Positions 1 to 9,173 of a stretch of 64,000 nucleotides of DNA are shown here, piece by piece. Below the pieces are notes generated by a model. That model was given only the letters and a program-made list of their open reading frames with translations, was not told where the DNA came from and did not search any database. The stretch comes from Alphaproteobacteria bacterium (GTDB lineage Bacteria > Pseudomonadota > Alphaproteobacteria > UBA828): NCBI GenBank assembly GCA_965214705.1, contig OZ243972.1, forward strand, positions 1,760,001-1,824,000. Reading direction: 5' to 3'. The first letter of the stretch is position 1. Every line of letters begins with the position of its first letter. Made by a program: the position numbers and the translations under genes.

Positions 1-708
1 CGCCGGCCCTGCGTGGACCACGAGGGGTTGGTCAATCCCGTCGATCTCTGGCTGGCTGGCGGGGGCCGGTTCCACCCCAAGCCGCGCCGCAAGATCCCGC
101 CTCCCGCCGAGGTCCTGCCGTGCTGGCGCAGGGGCATCGAGGCCGTGGTGAGCAACCCGGCTCTTCGAGACGTGTTCTGGTTCGGCATATACACGGGCAT
201 GCGGCTCGGTGAGGTGCTGCCGCTCAAGTGGGAGCGTGTGAACCGGGAGGCGCTGGTCTTCCGTGTGGACAACACCAAGACGGGTTCGCCGCTGGAGTTG
301 CCCATCACCCGGCAGCTCGCAGCCGTTCTCGATCGCCGCTGGGGCGAGAGCGGTCACCTGAAGGGCGGCTGGGTGTTTCCCTCTGCCGCCAGTCGCACGG
401 GCTACTTCGTGAAGCTGACGTATTTCTATCGCCGGATCAGCGAGGCCGGTGGCGCGAAGTTCTGGTTCCACGGGATGCGCAACTGCTTCATCACGGTGGC
501 CGAGCGCGAGCTGATGCTGCCGCACGCCCTGACCAAGCGTCTGGTGAACCATGCGCCGCCCCGCGACGTCACCGAGGGGTACACCGCCGACTGGACGATC
601 GGGCAGTTGCGCGAACCCGCTCAGCGTATCGCGGATCGCATCGAGGCGTTGATGGGAGCTGAGCCCAACTGCGTTGTCGGGGGAATGGAGACGCCGGGAG
701 CTACATAG
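1..708 (+). CDS. Tyrosine recombinase/integrase, C-terminal part (runs off the window start)
   Basis: Catalytic motifs YTGMRLGE, TKTG, FHGMRN, LVNH...TEGY; frame is open back to position 1. Confidence 0.85.
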   Translation, partial: RRPCVDHEGLVNPVDLWLAGGGRFHPKPRRKIPPPAEVLPCWRRGIEAVVSNPALRDVFWFGIYTGMRLGEVLPLKWERVNREALVFRVDNTKTGSPLELPITRQLAAVLDRRWGESGHLKGGWVFPSAASRTGYFVKLTYFYRRISEAGGAKFWFHGMRNCFITVAERELMLPHALTKRLVNHAPPRDVTEGYTADWTIGQLREPAQRIADRIEALMGAEPNCVVGGMETPGAT

Positions 709-746
709 CCTGAAGGCCTCAGCTTCAATTCCCGCCCCCGCGACCA
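704..746 (+). other. Degenerate 3' half of an initiator tRNA-Met gene (probable att-site remnant)
   Basis: CATAGCCTGAAGGCCTCAGCTTCAATTCCCGCCCCCGCGACCA matches the typical tRNA-fMet 3' half CATAACCTGAAGGTCGCAGGTTCAAATCCTGCCCCCGCAACCA (recalled consensus) at 36/43; ends in CCA; no 5' half; abuts the integrase stop. Confidence 0.65.
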
Positions 747-788
747 CGGAAAGTCTTTGAAAAAATGTAGTTTTCTAGGACTTTTCAT

Positions 789-1775
789 CCTAAATCCGGC
801 AGTTGCAGGCTGCGGGCGGCGGGTTTTCGGGGTCGATTTCAGCCCGCGAGCGCGGGTCGAGGCGGCGGCAGCCAGGGCTGTCGGCCCGGCTGGCGGCCAC
901 GCAGGTACTTCTTCAGCGCTTGCGCCAGGATGCGGCGCCAGCGATCCTCGGCGCTCAACTGCTCCGCACTTCGCATCAGGCTCCGGAAGAAGCCGGTGAT
1001 GCGCCGCAATGCTGCGACCACCACCCGCCGACGCCCGTGACTCGACGTCACCGTCAACCGCGTCTGACCAGCATGCTGGGTCCGGCGGGCAATCCCGTGC
1101 AGCAGAAGCGGCCGGCTGGTGATCGCCTCGCGGTGATGATCGGGATCGGCCAAGCGCACAAACAGGCTCCACCAGTTGTAGATGAGCGCGATCAGCCGGG
1201 CCATGTGCTGGCAGCGCTTCAGGTCGCGTGTCGTGAAGCCGCCCCACCCCCACTGGTTCTTCAACTCGTCGAAGCCGTTCTCCGCGTCAGCCCGGTCCCG
1301 GTAGAGCTGGGCAACCGAACGGACCTCAAGATCGAGCGACGTCGCCAGAACCGCGAACTCCCACACCTTGGTGCCCGGCTGCGCGTCGGCCCAGAACAGA
1401 TCGCCCTGGCCGTCATCGACACGCGTCAGCGCCACCGTCCCGGGAAGCCGCCGGCGCAGCACCACGACGCGACGCGTCCGGCTCCAACCCCGCAGGCGAA
1501 GCTCGGCCTCGATACCCCACCAGCCCTGGCCCGCGTCCGCCCACTCGTCACGCCCCATGAGGCGCTCCGCAAGGCGACGCGCGCCCTGCGTCAGGCGCAG
1601 CTTGAACAGATAGTCGAGACCCGCCCCCTCGCACGACGCCATGGTGCCCTCGCTCCCCCAGTCCTTGTCGCCCCGGACAAGCCGCGGCCAGTGCTCACGG
1701 TCGAGGCGCTCAAGCAGGGCCCACAGCGAGGGTGCCGCGCTCTTCGAGCGGTGACGGTTGCCGGCCTCGAGAGCG
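789..1775 (-). mobile_element. IS1380-family remnant (5'-truncated transposase about 839..1775, putative end CCTAAATCCGGCAGTTG at 789)
   Basis: LVRGDKDWG, YLFKLR and YRDRADAENGFDELKNQWGWGGF motifs of IS1380-type DDE transposases; N-terminus absent. Confidence 0.75.
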
Positions 1776-1987
1776 AGACGGCCGTCGGCTCGCTGCACGG
1801 AACCTGGCGGCAAGGCGGGCTGCAGCTCAGCGGCGCGGTGAACCTGGGCAGAACCGGTGTGGACATCGAGCGCTCGACGATGAGCCTCGGCGGGCAGGCG
1901 AGCGCTGTCCTGGGCTACTCAGGCCGCACCGGCGACGGTTCCCGCAGCGACCACCTGGTGAACGTGGGCCTGCGCGTCGTGTTTTGA
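1775..1987 (+). pseudogene. Remnant of an outer-membrane beta-barrel/autotransporter C-terminus
   Basis: Amphipathic strands ending ...DHLVNVGLRVVF*, terminal Phe signature; lies between two IS remnants. Confidence 0.45.
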
Positions 1988-1994
1988 TTGGGGC

Positions 1995-2432
1995 GCCAAA
2001 ATACATCCCGGCGGAGGAAGAGGTGCCACATAGTGCTCTGTGAGACCCGCAGACCGTGCTCGTCTTCCAGATGGGCGGCGGTCTCCGAAAGCGTGAAGTC
2101 CGGGGTCTCGTCCACCAGCGAGAGGACCACCCCTGTCCGTGCCTCGATCCGCTGCGAGCGCCTGTCGCCGCCTTGCGCTCTGGGGCGATAGCTGCCCGCG
2201 CGGCGCCAGGCTGCGACCCACTTGATCGCCGTCGACGGCTCGATGCCGAACCGCTTCGCCGCGCTCCGGCGGCTCATGTCGCCATCTACCACCGCCGTCA
2301 CCACTTGGCGGCGCAGATCAATCGAAAGAGGTCGTGTCATGCAGGTTGGCCTCCTTCACCAGCCCGCATCCTAAATAACAAATCCAAGCGATTGAAAATT
2401 CTAAAGATTCTCTGTGTCCGAAGAATGCTCTA
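1995..2432 (-). mobile_element. IS630-family remnant (left end plus HTH part of transposase starting at 2340)
   Basis: MTRPLSIDLRRQVVTAV...SRRSAAKRFGI...PDFTLSE is typical of IS630 N-termini; end begins TAGAGC at 2432; no DDE domain follows. Confidence 0.75.
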
Positions 2433-2559
2433 ACATTCGCACTGGCTCGCTCCTTCGGGGGCCAGTCGACCGGACTCGGTATCGTCTGGGCCTCATTGCC
2501 TGTGAGCTCACATACTGCGCGGCAAGGATGATTGGCAACCAATATGCGGAGGAACGAAA

Positions 2560-3921
2560 ATGGAGCGTGAGGCTGGCGGCCTCGAATTTCAAGACTTGAC
2601 TGCTTTGGTAAAGAAGCTGATAGCCGAATCCTGCGACGTTGCGCACGTCGGTATGTTCGACCTGAATGCCACCTTCCGTGAGCGCCGGGTCAGGGTAGCC
2701 GATCTCACCAGGGTATTCGGACCAGGCGGAACATTCGTCAACGTCGTGCACGAATGGGACACCGGAGAGCAGGTGTTCGGTGCCGGTCCGTTTGTCGGCG
2801 AGCCAATTGCGATCGACCCCGCGTCGCTCCGTCCCTACCCCTTCGAGCCCAATGCTTGCGCCCTTGTCGCCGACTACATCGGCCCCTCCGCCGAAACCTC
2901 GCCAAGACGCTTGCTGGAACACCTGGTAGCGAAAGCCCACAACCAGGGTTTGGGTGTGCGAGCCGCCTTCGAATTCGAGTTCCTGGTGCTCGACGATGAT
3001 GCGGAATCCTTGAGGGAATCGGGGTTTTCGACCCTCAAGACATTCGCGAAGGACAACCGTTGTTGGGCCGGAGAGAGTGCAGCGATTTACGCGGATTTCG
3101 TGACGGAGCTGGAGCGGATTCTCGTTCAGGCCGATATCGACATGTTGGCGCTCGGCCTAGAACTTGGACCGGGATGCTTTGAAGCAACTCTCAGTCATGG
3201 AGACCCGCTGCGTGCCGCTGACAATGCAGTCTTTTTCAAGCTCCTGACGAAGGCGTATTGCCGCCGGCAGGGCAAAACGGCGTCGTTCATGGCGCAGCTC
3301 GGCGGTCAATTTCCGGGCCTCTCGGGCCACATCCATTTGTCGTTGACCGACCGCGAAACGGGCGAAGGCCTGTTCCCCGACCCAGCCGATGAAAAAGGCA
3401 TGAGCCGGATCTTCCGGTCTTTCGTGGCGGGGCTGGTCGCCCTGGCTCCCGAAGCGATGCCGCTGACCCACCACACGGCCAATGCTTACCGCCGCCACGC
3501 CCCTCAGAATTGGGCGCCGAAGACGGCATCCTGGGCCGTGCAGAACTATGCAGCCGCGGTCCGCGTGGTCCCGCAACCGGCAGACCGATGCCGGCTCGAA
3601 TATCGGCTTCCCGGCTCCGATATCAACCCGTTCCTCGCCTTGGCCTTTGTGCTGGGCGCGGGTCTCTGGGGCCTCGACTCCAATGCCGAACTCCCGCCCG
3701 AATTGACCGGCGGGGGCCCGGGTCTTACGGTCACCGGGGGGGCGGCGTTGCCCCACGATCTCTTCGAAGCCATCGACCGTCTTGCCCGCTCCGAACGCGC
3801 GAGCGACATCTGGGGAGAGACATTCGTGCAGCATCTTGTGGAAGCCTGCCGCCAGGAGGTGGCCGCTCTATCCCGCGAGACCAGCGCCGCCGAGCGCGCC
3901 AGGTATCTCGAAGTCGTTTAG
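2560..3921 (+). CDS. Glutamine synthetase-like (gamma-glutamyl ligase) protein 1
   Basis: EFEF, GPGCFE, GLSGHIHLSL, RLEYRLPGSDINP motifs. Confidence 0.85.
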   Translation: MEREAGGLEFQDLTALVKKLIAESCDVAHVGMFDLNATFRERRVRVADLTRVFGPGGTFVNVVHEWDTGEQVFGAGPFVGEPIAIDPASLRPYPFEPNACALVADYIGPSAETSPRRLLEHLVAKAHNQGLGVRAAFEFEFLVLDDDAESLRESGFSTLKTFAKDNRCWAGESAAIYADFVTELERILVQADIDMLALGLELGPGCFEATLSHGDPLRAADNAVFFKLLTKAYCRRQGKTASFMAQLGGQFPGLSGHIHLSLTDRETGEGLFPDPADEKGMSRIFRSFVAGLVALAPEAMPLTHHTANAYRRHAPQNWAPKTASWAVQNYAAAVRVVPQPADRCRLEYRLPGSDINPFLALAFVLGAGLWGLDSNAELPPELTGGGPGLTVTGGAALPHDLFEAIDRLARSERASDIWGETFVQHLVEACRQEVAALSRETSAAERARYLEVV

Positions 3922-3935
3922 CGCGCGCAAAGATT

Positions 3936-5402
3936 ATGAGTGATCTGCAGGACTACTTGAACGATCCCGCTCGCGACGGATTGGTCGCCGAGGTTCGCAA
4001 GAGGATCGACGCGCTCGAAATCGACGCGATTTACTACCAGTATATTTCGATCACCGGCCGCATCATGGGCAAGATGATCCCGGTCAAGCACTGGGAGCGC
4101 GCGGCCCAAGAGGGGATGCAGACCTGGATCGGCGGCATCACCAACGTCTTCGCTGACAGGGACGGAAACCTGATCGGGTTTCCCCCGAATGCCTCCGAGC
4201 TTCTGGCCCTCCCCGACCCCGAAACATTCTGCCAGCTTCCCTGGAACAAACGCGTCGCCAGGGTCTTCTGCACCGTGTTTTTCAGCCGGGAGGATCCGGA
4301 CCGTCCCGAAGAATTCCTTGACTCGGATTCACGGGGAAATCTGCGGCGCATCCATGACGCCTTCCGGCAGGATCACGACGGTCTACACATGAGGGTCGGC
4401 TGCGAGCCGGAAATGCTTTGGCTGAAGCCGGGCGACGGGGAGAAGCCCTATTACGAGACGACCAAGCCCTACGCCTACCACATCGATCAGTTCGAGCAGC
4501 TCCAGGAGGTCTGGCTGAAGCTCTACGAGTACGGGACCGCGATGGGCCTCGACATGATCCAGGCGGATCACGAGGACGCGCCCGGCATGATCGAGATGAA
4601 CTTTCAGTATGACGACGCGTTGCGCACCAGCGACCGCCTGACCACCTACCGCCAGCTGTGCGCGCAGGTTGCGCGCGAATGCGGGCTCATGGCGGTGTTC
4701 ATGTCCAAGCCTTACATGAGCCTGTCGGGCAACGGCTGCCACCACAACCTCTCGCTCTGGCGGGGCGGCGAGGACACGGTGCAGTCGTTCGGACGCCAGG
4801 GCCAGCCGGCGATGGACGACGTCTTCGCCTACCGCAAAGGCGGCACCAACGAGATCGAGAACCCGAACCACGCCTGGATGCCCTCGGAGCTCGGGCGTCA
4901 CGCGCTGGGCGGCATGCTCGCGCACCTCAATGCGTTGGTCGCCATCGGCTCGTCCACCGTGAACTCCTACCGGCGGCTGAACGATACGGGTCTGTGGGCG
5001 CCGGTCGGCGCGGGGTGGGGCCTGCAGAACAGGTCCTGCGCCATTCGCGTCTCGAGCCCGGACCGGCTCGAGTTCCGTTGTGTGGACAGCATGGTCAATC
5101 CCTACCTGATGCAGGCGGCGCTGCTGAAGGCCATCGACGACGGCATTAGGAACCGGATCGATCCTGGGGAGCCCGAAGACCGGAACTTCGTGGATCTGTT
5201 GAATGCGGGAGAGGCGATCGAACGTATTCCCACCACGCTGCGCGACGCGCTCGACGCGCTGGCGGATGACGGTGTGGTCAAGGCCGCCCTCCCTGGGGAC
5301 CTTTACAGGGTCTACGATTGGTACAAGCGCGACGAATGGAACAAGTTCATCTGGCAAGTCTCCGACTGGGATGTGAACATGTACCTGGACTGCTTGCCCT
5401 AG
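3936..5402 (+). CDS. Glutamine synthetase-like (gamma-glutamyl ligase) protein 2
   Basis: GCEPE, DHEDAPG, SGNGCHHNLSL, RLEFRCVDSMVNPY; start moved to ATG 3936 just after the upstream stop. Confidence 0.85.
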   Translation: MSDLQDYLNDPARDGLVAEVRKRIDALEIDAIYYQYISITGRIMGKMIPVKHWERAAQEGMQTWIGGITNVFADRDGNLIGFPPNASELLALPDPETFCQLPWNKRVARVFCTVFFSREDPDRPEEFLDSDSRGNLRRIHDAFRQDHDGLHMRVGCEPEMLWLKPGDGEKPYYETTKPYAYHIDQFEQLQEVWLKLYEYGTAMGLDMIQADHEDAPGMIEMNFQYDDALRTSDRLTTYRQLCAQVARECGLMAVFMSKPYMSLSGNGCHHNLSLWRGGEDTVQSFGRQGQPAMDDVFAYRKGGTNEIENPNHAWMPSELGRHALGGMLAHLNALVAIGSSTVNSYRRLNDTGLWAPVGAGWGLQNRSCAIRVSSPDRLEFRCVDSMVNPYLMQAALLKAIDDGIRNRIDPGEPEDRNFVDLLNAGEAIERIPTTLRDALDALADDGVVKAALPGDLYRVYDWYKRDEWNKFIWQVSDWDVNMYLDCLP

Positions 5403-5423
5403 CGGGGTGCAGGAGAAGCGCGT

Positions 5424-6293
5424 ATGGCATTCGATCTCACGCCCGCGCAGATAGACCGGTTCAACGAAGACGGCTTTCTGGTCGTCGACAAGCTGATCGA
5501 TGACGAGACGGTCGAGGCGGTGAGCGAGCGCTACGAAAAGCTCTTTCGCGGCGAATTCGAAACCGGAGTCCTGCCGGACGAAGTCAACTGGCAAGAAGGC
5601 GAGAGCGATCCTTCCCTGACCCGGCAAATCTGCAACGCATGGAAGGCGGATCGGACGATCGCATCGGTGGTCATGAGGGCCGACCTGGGCAAGGCGATCG
5701 CCACACTCGGCGGCTGGCCGGGCGCGCGCTTGATGGTGGACAACGTGCTGTGGAAGCCGCCCGGCACACGGCCGCTGGCTCTTCACCAGGACAACGCCTA
5801 TCTGCATTGGTTCCAGCCGACGGAGTTGCTGAGCTGCTGGATGGCGCTCGACGACACCAGGGCCGATGCAGGGACGCTCGAGTTCGTGCGCGGATCGCAC
5901 CGGTGGCACCACTCACTCCCCGAAGGCGAGTTCCACGGCCCCAAGGACTACCGCAAGTACATGGAGAAGGCGGCCGCCAAGGAGGGAGTCGAGCCGGAAA
6001 TCGTCCACGTGGAGGTGCCCAAGGGCGGCGGCTCCTTCCATCACGGCTGGACCTGGCACGGCTCGGGCGACAACACCGCGACGGTCCCCCGTCGCTCTCT
6101 CGTGCTGCACGCCATGCGGAGCGACACGCGCTACGTCCCTGAGTGCTTGGGGCAAGGTGTCGGCTCCATCTACAGCCGCTATAAGCGGCTCGGCGACAAC
6201 ACCATCGATGAGAACTACTTTCCGGTTCTGTGGACCCGCGACGGCTATCGAACCCCCGATATCGACACGTTCCTGAATGGTGCGGGCACCTGA
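5424..6293 (+). CDS. Phytanoyl-CoA dioxygenase (PhyH) family Fe(II)/2-oxoglutarate oxygenase
   Basis: F..DGFLVV N-terminus, HQD and WHGSG iron-binding triad, distal Arg. Confidence 0.9.
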   Translation: MAFDLTPAQIDRFNEDGFLVVDKLIDDETVEAVSERYEKLFRGEFETGVLPDEVNWQEGESDPSLTRQICNAWKADRTIASVVMRADLGKAIATLGGWPGARLMVDNVLWKPPGTRPLALHQDNAYLHWFQPTELLSCWMALDDTRADAGTLEFVRGSHRWHHSLPEGEFHGPKDYRKYMEKAAAKEGVEPEIVHVEVPKGGGSFHHGWTWHGSGDNTATVPRRSLVLHAMRSDTRYVPECLGQGVGSIYSRYKRLGDNTIDENYFPVLWTRDGYRTPDIDTFLNGAGT

Positions 6294-6408
6294 TCCTGCG
6301 CCGGCCAAGCGCCCGGAGCGTCTTGGCTTGTGTGGCGACGGTAGATGCGCGACAACAACCCGACCCGATCATCTGGAATGATCACAACACGTGCTGGAGA
6401 AGAGAGAC

Positions 6409-6714
6409 ATGTCTGCCGCGGACAAGTTGGGCGGATATGCCAGCGGTTTCAGCGGCTTGAACGCTGAGGAAATCGCCGCAAACGTGACGGACGACTACAA
6501 GCTTCTGGACAAGGACGGAGCGGTCTACGGCAAGAGCGACCTGCCGGGCTACATCGCCGAGCTGAGAAAGATCGGCGACAGGATGGACATCACCGATGTC
6601 GTGGTCGAGGGCTGCACCGCATGGTGCAAGTGGCAGGTCGGCGACATTGTCGGGGCCGGCTTGATCAGCTTTGGAGATAAGGGCGTCACGCAGGAGCAGC
6701 TGTTCTATTTCTGA
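6409..6714 (+). CDS. SnoaL/NTF2-like small protein
   Basis: 101 aa, NTF2-like pattern (ITDVVVEG..AWCKW), purine-rich RBS before ATG 6409. Confidence 0.55.
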   Translation: MSAADKLGGYASGFSGLNAEEIAANVTDDYKLLDKDGAVYGKSDLPGYIAELRKIGDRMDITDVVVEGCTAWCKWQVGDIVGAGLISFGDKGVTQEQLFYF

Positions 6715-6873
6715 CGTGTAACGGCGCCACGCCGCGCGATCGGCACCGGATCGAGAACCGGACGTCGCGCGGCGCTGAGTTGGCACGTGCTTGCCTGCCA
6801 ATTCGAAGCCACTTAAGCTGCCGAACAGAAGTTATGCCGTGCGCCGGTCTGCCGGTCTGTAGGGAGTGTAATC

Positions 6874-9048
6874 ATGGCGCGAGACCCCAAGTACGACGTC
6901 CTCTTCGAGCCCATCCAGTTCGGCCCGAAGACGATGAAGAACCGCTTCTACCAGGTTCCGCACTGCAACGGCGCGGGTTCGGAGCGGCCAGGCACACAGG
7001 CCGCATTTCGGGGCATGAAGGCCGAAGGCGGATGGGGCGGCGTCTGTACCGAGGCTTGCTCGATCGACCACGAGGCCGACACCTCGCCGGGCGTGCTGGC
7101 CTGCCTCTGGGACGACGGCGACATCATCAATCTTCGGCATATGTGCGACAGCCTGCACAAGTGGGATGCGCTCGCCGGTGTCGAGCTTTGGCATATGGGC
7201 TCGGCGTCGGCGAACCTGGAGACGCGAGCCGCTCCGTCGTCTCCCACGCAATCGACCTCGGATTGGTCGATCGGCACTTACTCGCACGAGCCCGACGAAG
7301 ACGAGATCATCGAACTCCAGGACATGTACGTTGAGTCCGCGAAACGGGCCGTGCAGGCCGGCTTCGACATCGTGTACGTCTACGGCTCGCACGGCGTCTT
7401 GCCAGTGCAGTTTTTATCTCGCTTCTACAACAAGCGGACCGACAAGTACGGCGGTTCCTTCGAGAATCGCGCGCGCTTCTGGCTGGAGACCATCGAAAAG
7501 GTGAAAGAGGCAGTCGGCCATGAATGCGCGATCGCCGTGCGAATTTCGATCGATCAGATCATGGGGCCGGACGGCGTGCAGGCGGAGGATGACGGCATTG
7601 GGTTTATCGAGCTCGCCACCCAGCGCGGCCTGGTGGATCTCTGGGACGTGAACGTTTCCACGTTCAGCGAGTGGGGCGAAGATGCCGGCCCGTCCCGCTT
7701 CTACAAGGCGAACCACCAGGCGCCGTTCACGAAGCACGTCAAGAGCGTCGCCAAGGTGCCGGTGATCAACGTGGGGCGCTTTACCAGCCCGGATGACATG
7801 GTCCACGTGATCAGCTCCGGACAGGCGGACATCATCGGCGGCGCGCGCCCCTCAATCGCTGATCCCTTCCTGCCCCAGAAGATCGAAGAAGGACGGCTCG
7901 AAGATATCCGCGAGTGCATCGGCTGCAATATCTGCATCTCACGATGGGAGCGGGGCACTGCGCTCGTTTGCACGCAGAACCCTGTCGCCAACGAGGAATA
8001 TCGCCGCGGCTGGCACCCGGAAAAATTCGATCACGTAGAGGACGCCGGATCGGTTCTCGTGGTCGGCGCAGGGCCCGCCGGGACCGAGGCCGCTCGCGTT
8101 CTAGGCCAGCGGGGCTACGATGTGCACGTCTGCGAGGCGGAATCCGAAATCGGCGGGCATATCCGAGACGTCATGCGCTATCCGGGCATGGCGGAATGGG
8201 GCCGAATCACCAGCTACCGGCAGGCTCAGCTCGACAAGCTCAAGAACGTCGAGGTGCACACGAACGCCCGCCTCGAATCGGACGACGTGCTGACGTACGG
8301 CGCCGACAAGGTGGTACTTTGCACCGGCTCCCGGTGGGCGGTGGACGGCTTCAGCCACATCACGATGGCGCCGGTTCCGGGCATCGATGCAGCGGCGCCC
8401 CACTTCGCAACGCCCGAGCAGGTCATGGCGGGCAAGGATGTCGGCGAGCGTGTCGTCATTCTCGATGCCGACGGGTACTTCACTGGCGTCAGCATGGCCG
8501 AGATGCTGGCCGACCGGGGCAAGCAAGTGTCGATCGTCACGCAGTTCTCCGAGGCCGCACCGTTGATGGAGTACACCCTCGAGGCTCCCAACCTGCATCG
8601 CATGCTGCACGAAAAAGGCATCACCCAATATGGCGGCACGTGGGTCGAGGAGTGCGATCCGGGCAACGTGGTGAAGGTGAAGCTCTTCAGCCTCTCTCGG
8701 GACGGCTACAAGCGCACCATCGAGCCGAGGCCCGGCGAGCATGTACGCAGGATGGGCGGGGAGACCCAGACCATCGACGCAGATACCGTGATTCTGGTCA
8801 CGGCGCGGCTCGCGAACAGCGAACTCTACAAGTCGCTATGGGAGCGTCGCGAAAAGTGGGAAGAAGAAGGAATCGCGGGCATCTACCAGGCCGGCGATTG
8901 CTATGCGCCGCGGCTCACCGGCGATGCGATCTTCGACGCACACCGCCTCGCCCGAGAGTTCGAATCGGAGAATCCGCGGCGGCCGCAACCCTTCCTCCGC
9001 GAGCGCATGATCTGGGGACGAGACGATCCGTCGGTGACGGTGAACTGA
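6874..9048 (+). CDS. Trimethylamine/dimethylamine dehydrogenase-family Fe-S flavoprotein (paralogue 1)
   Basis: KNRFYQVPHC (Cys for 6-S-cysteinyl-FMN), VYVYGSH, CIGCNIC...C 4Fe-4S motif, GAGPAG; closely parallels TMADH. Confidence 0.9.
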   Translation: MARDPKYDVLFEPIQFGPKTMKNRFYQVPHCNGAGSERPGTQAAFRGMKAEGGWGGVCTEACSIDHEADTSPGVLACLWDDGDIINLRHMCDSLHKWDALAGVELWHMGSASANLETRAAPSSPTQSTSDWSIGTYSHEPDEDEIIELQDMYVESAKRAVQAGFDIVYVYGSHGVLPVQFLSRFYNKRTDKYGGSFENRARFWLETIEKVKEAVGHECAIAVRISIDQIMGPDGVQAEDDGIGFIELATQRGLVDLWDVNVSTFSEWGEDAGPSRFYKANHQAPFTKHVKSVAKVPVINVGRFTSPDDMVHVISSGQADIIGGARPSIADPFLPQKIEEGRLEDIRECIGCNICISRWERGTALVCTQNPVANEEYRRGWHPEKFDHVEDAGSVLVVGAGPAGTEAARVLGQRGYDVHVCEAESEIGGHIRDVMRYPGMAEWGRITSYRQAQLDKLKNVEVHTNARLESDDVLTYGADKVVLCTGSRWAVDGFSHITMAPVPGIDAAAPHFATPEQVMAGKDVGERVVILDADGYFTGVSMAEMLADRGKQVSIVTQFSEAAPLMEYTLEAPNLHRMLHEKGITQYGGTWVEECDPGNVVKVKLFSLSRDGYKRTIEPRPGEHVRRMGGETQTIDADTVILVTARLANSELYKSLWERREKWEEEGIAGIYQAGDCYAPRLTGDAIFDAHRLAREFESENPRRPQPFLRERMIWGRDDPSVTVN

Positions 9049-9173
9049 TCGTGATCGACGTTCCGAAAAGAGTTGGCGCGCGCGAATGATGTCGGGAACT
9101 TCCGTTGTTGGACGAGCGATCCGCAACGGCGCGTATCTTCACAAATGTCGGTAAACACAGGAGGTCTTGCTCC

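Noticed and set aside
704-746. Functional tRNA-Met gene
   Set aside because: The 5' half is absent and the T-arm is mutated; kept only as an att remnant
3510-3935. N-terminal extensions in the ORF track (also 21392, 27448, 17335, 44736, 50882)
   Set aside because: They overlap upstream genes or IS ends; better starts with RBS or family-typical N-termini lie downstream
6780-6796. TGGCACGTGCTTGC as a sigma54 promoter for the TMADH gene
   Set aside because: GG-to-GC spacing is 9 nt, not the strictly required 10
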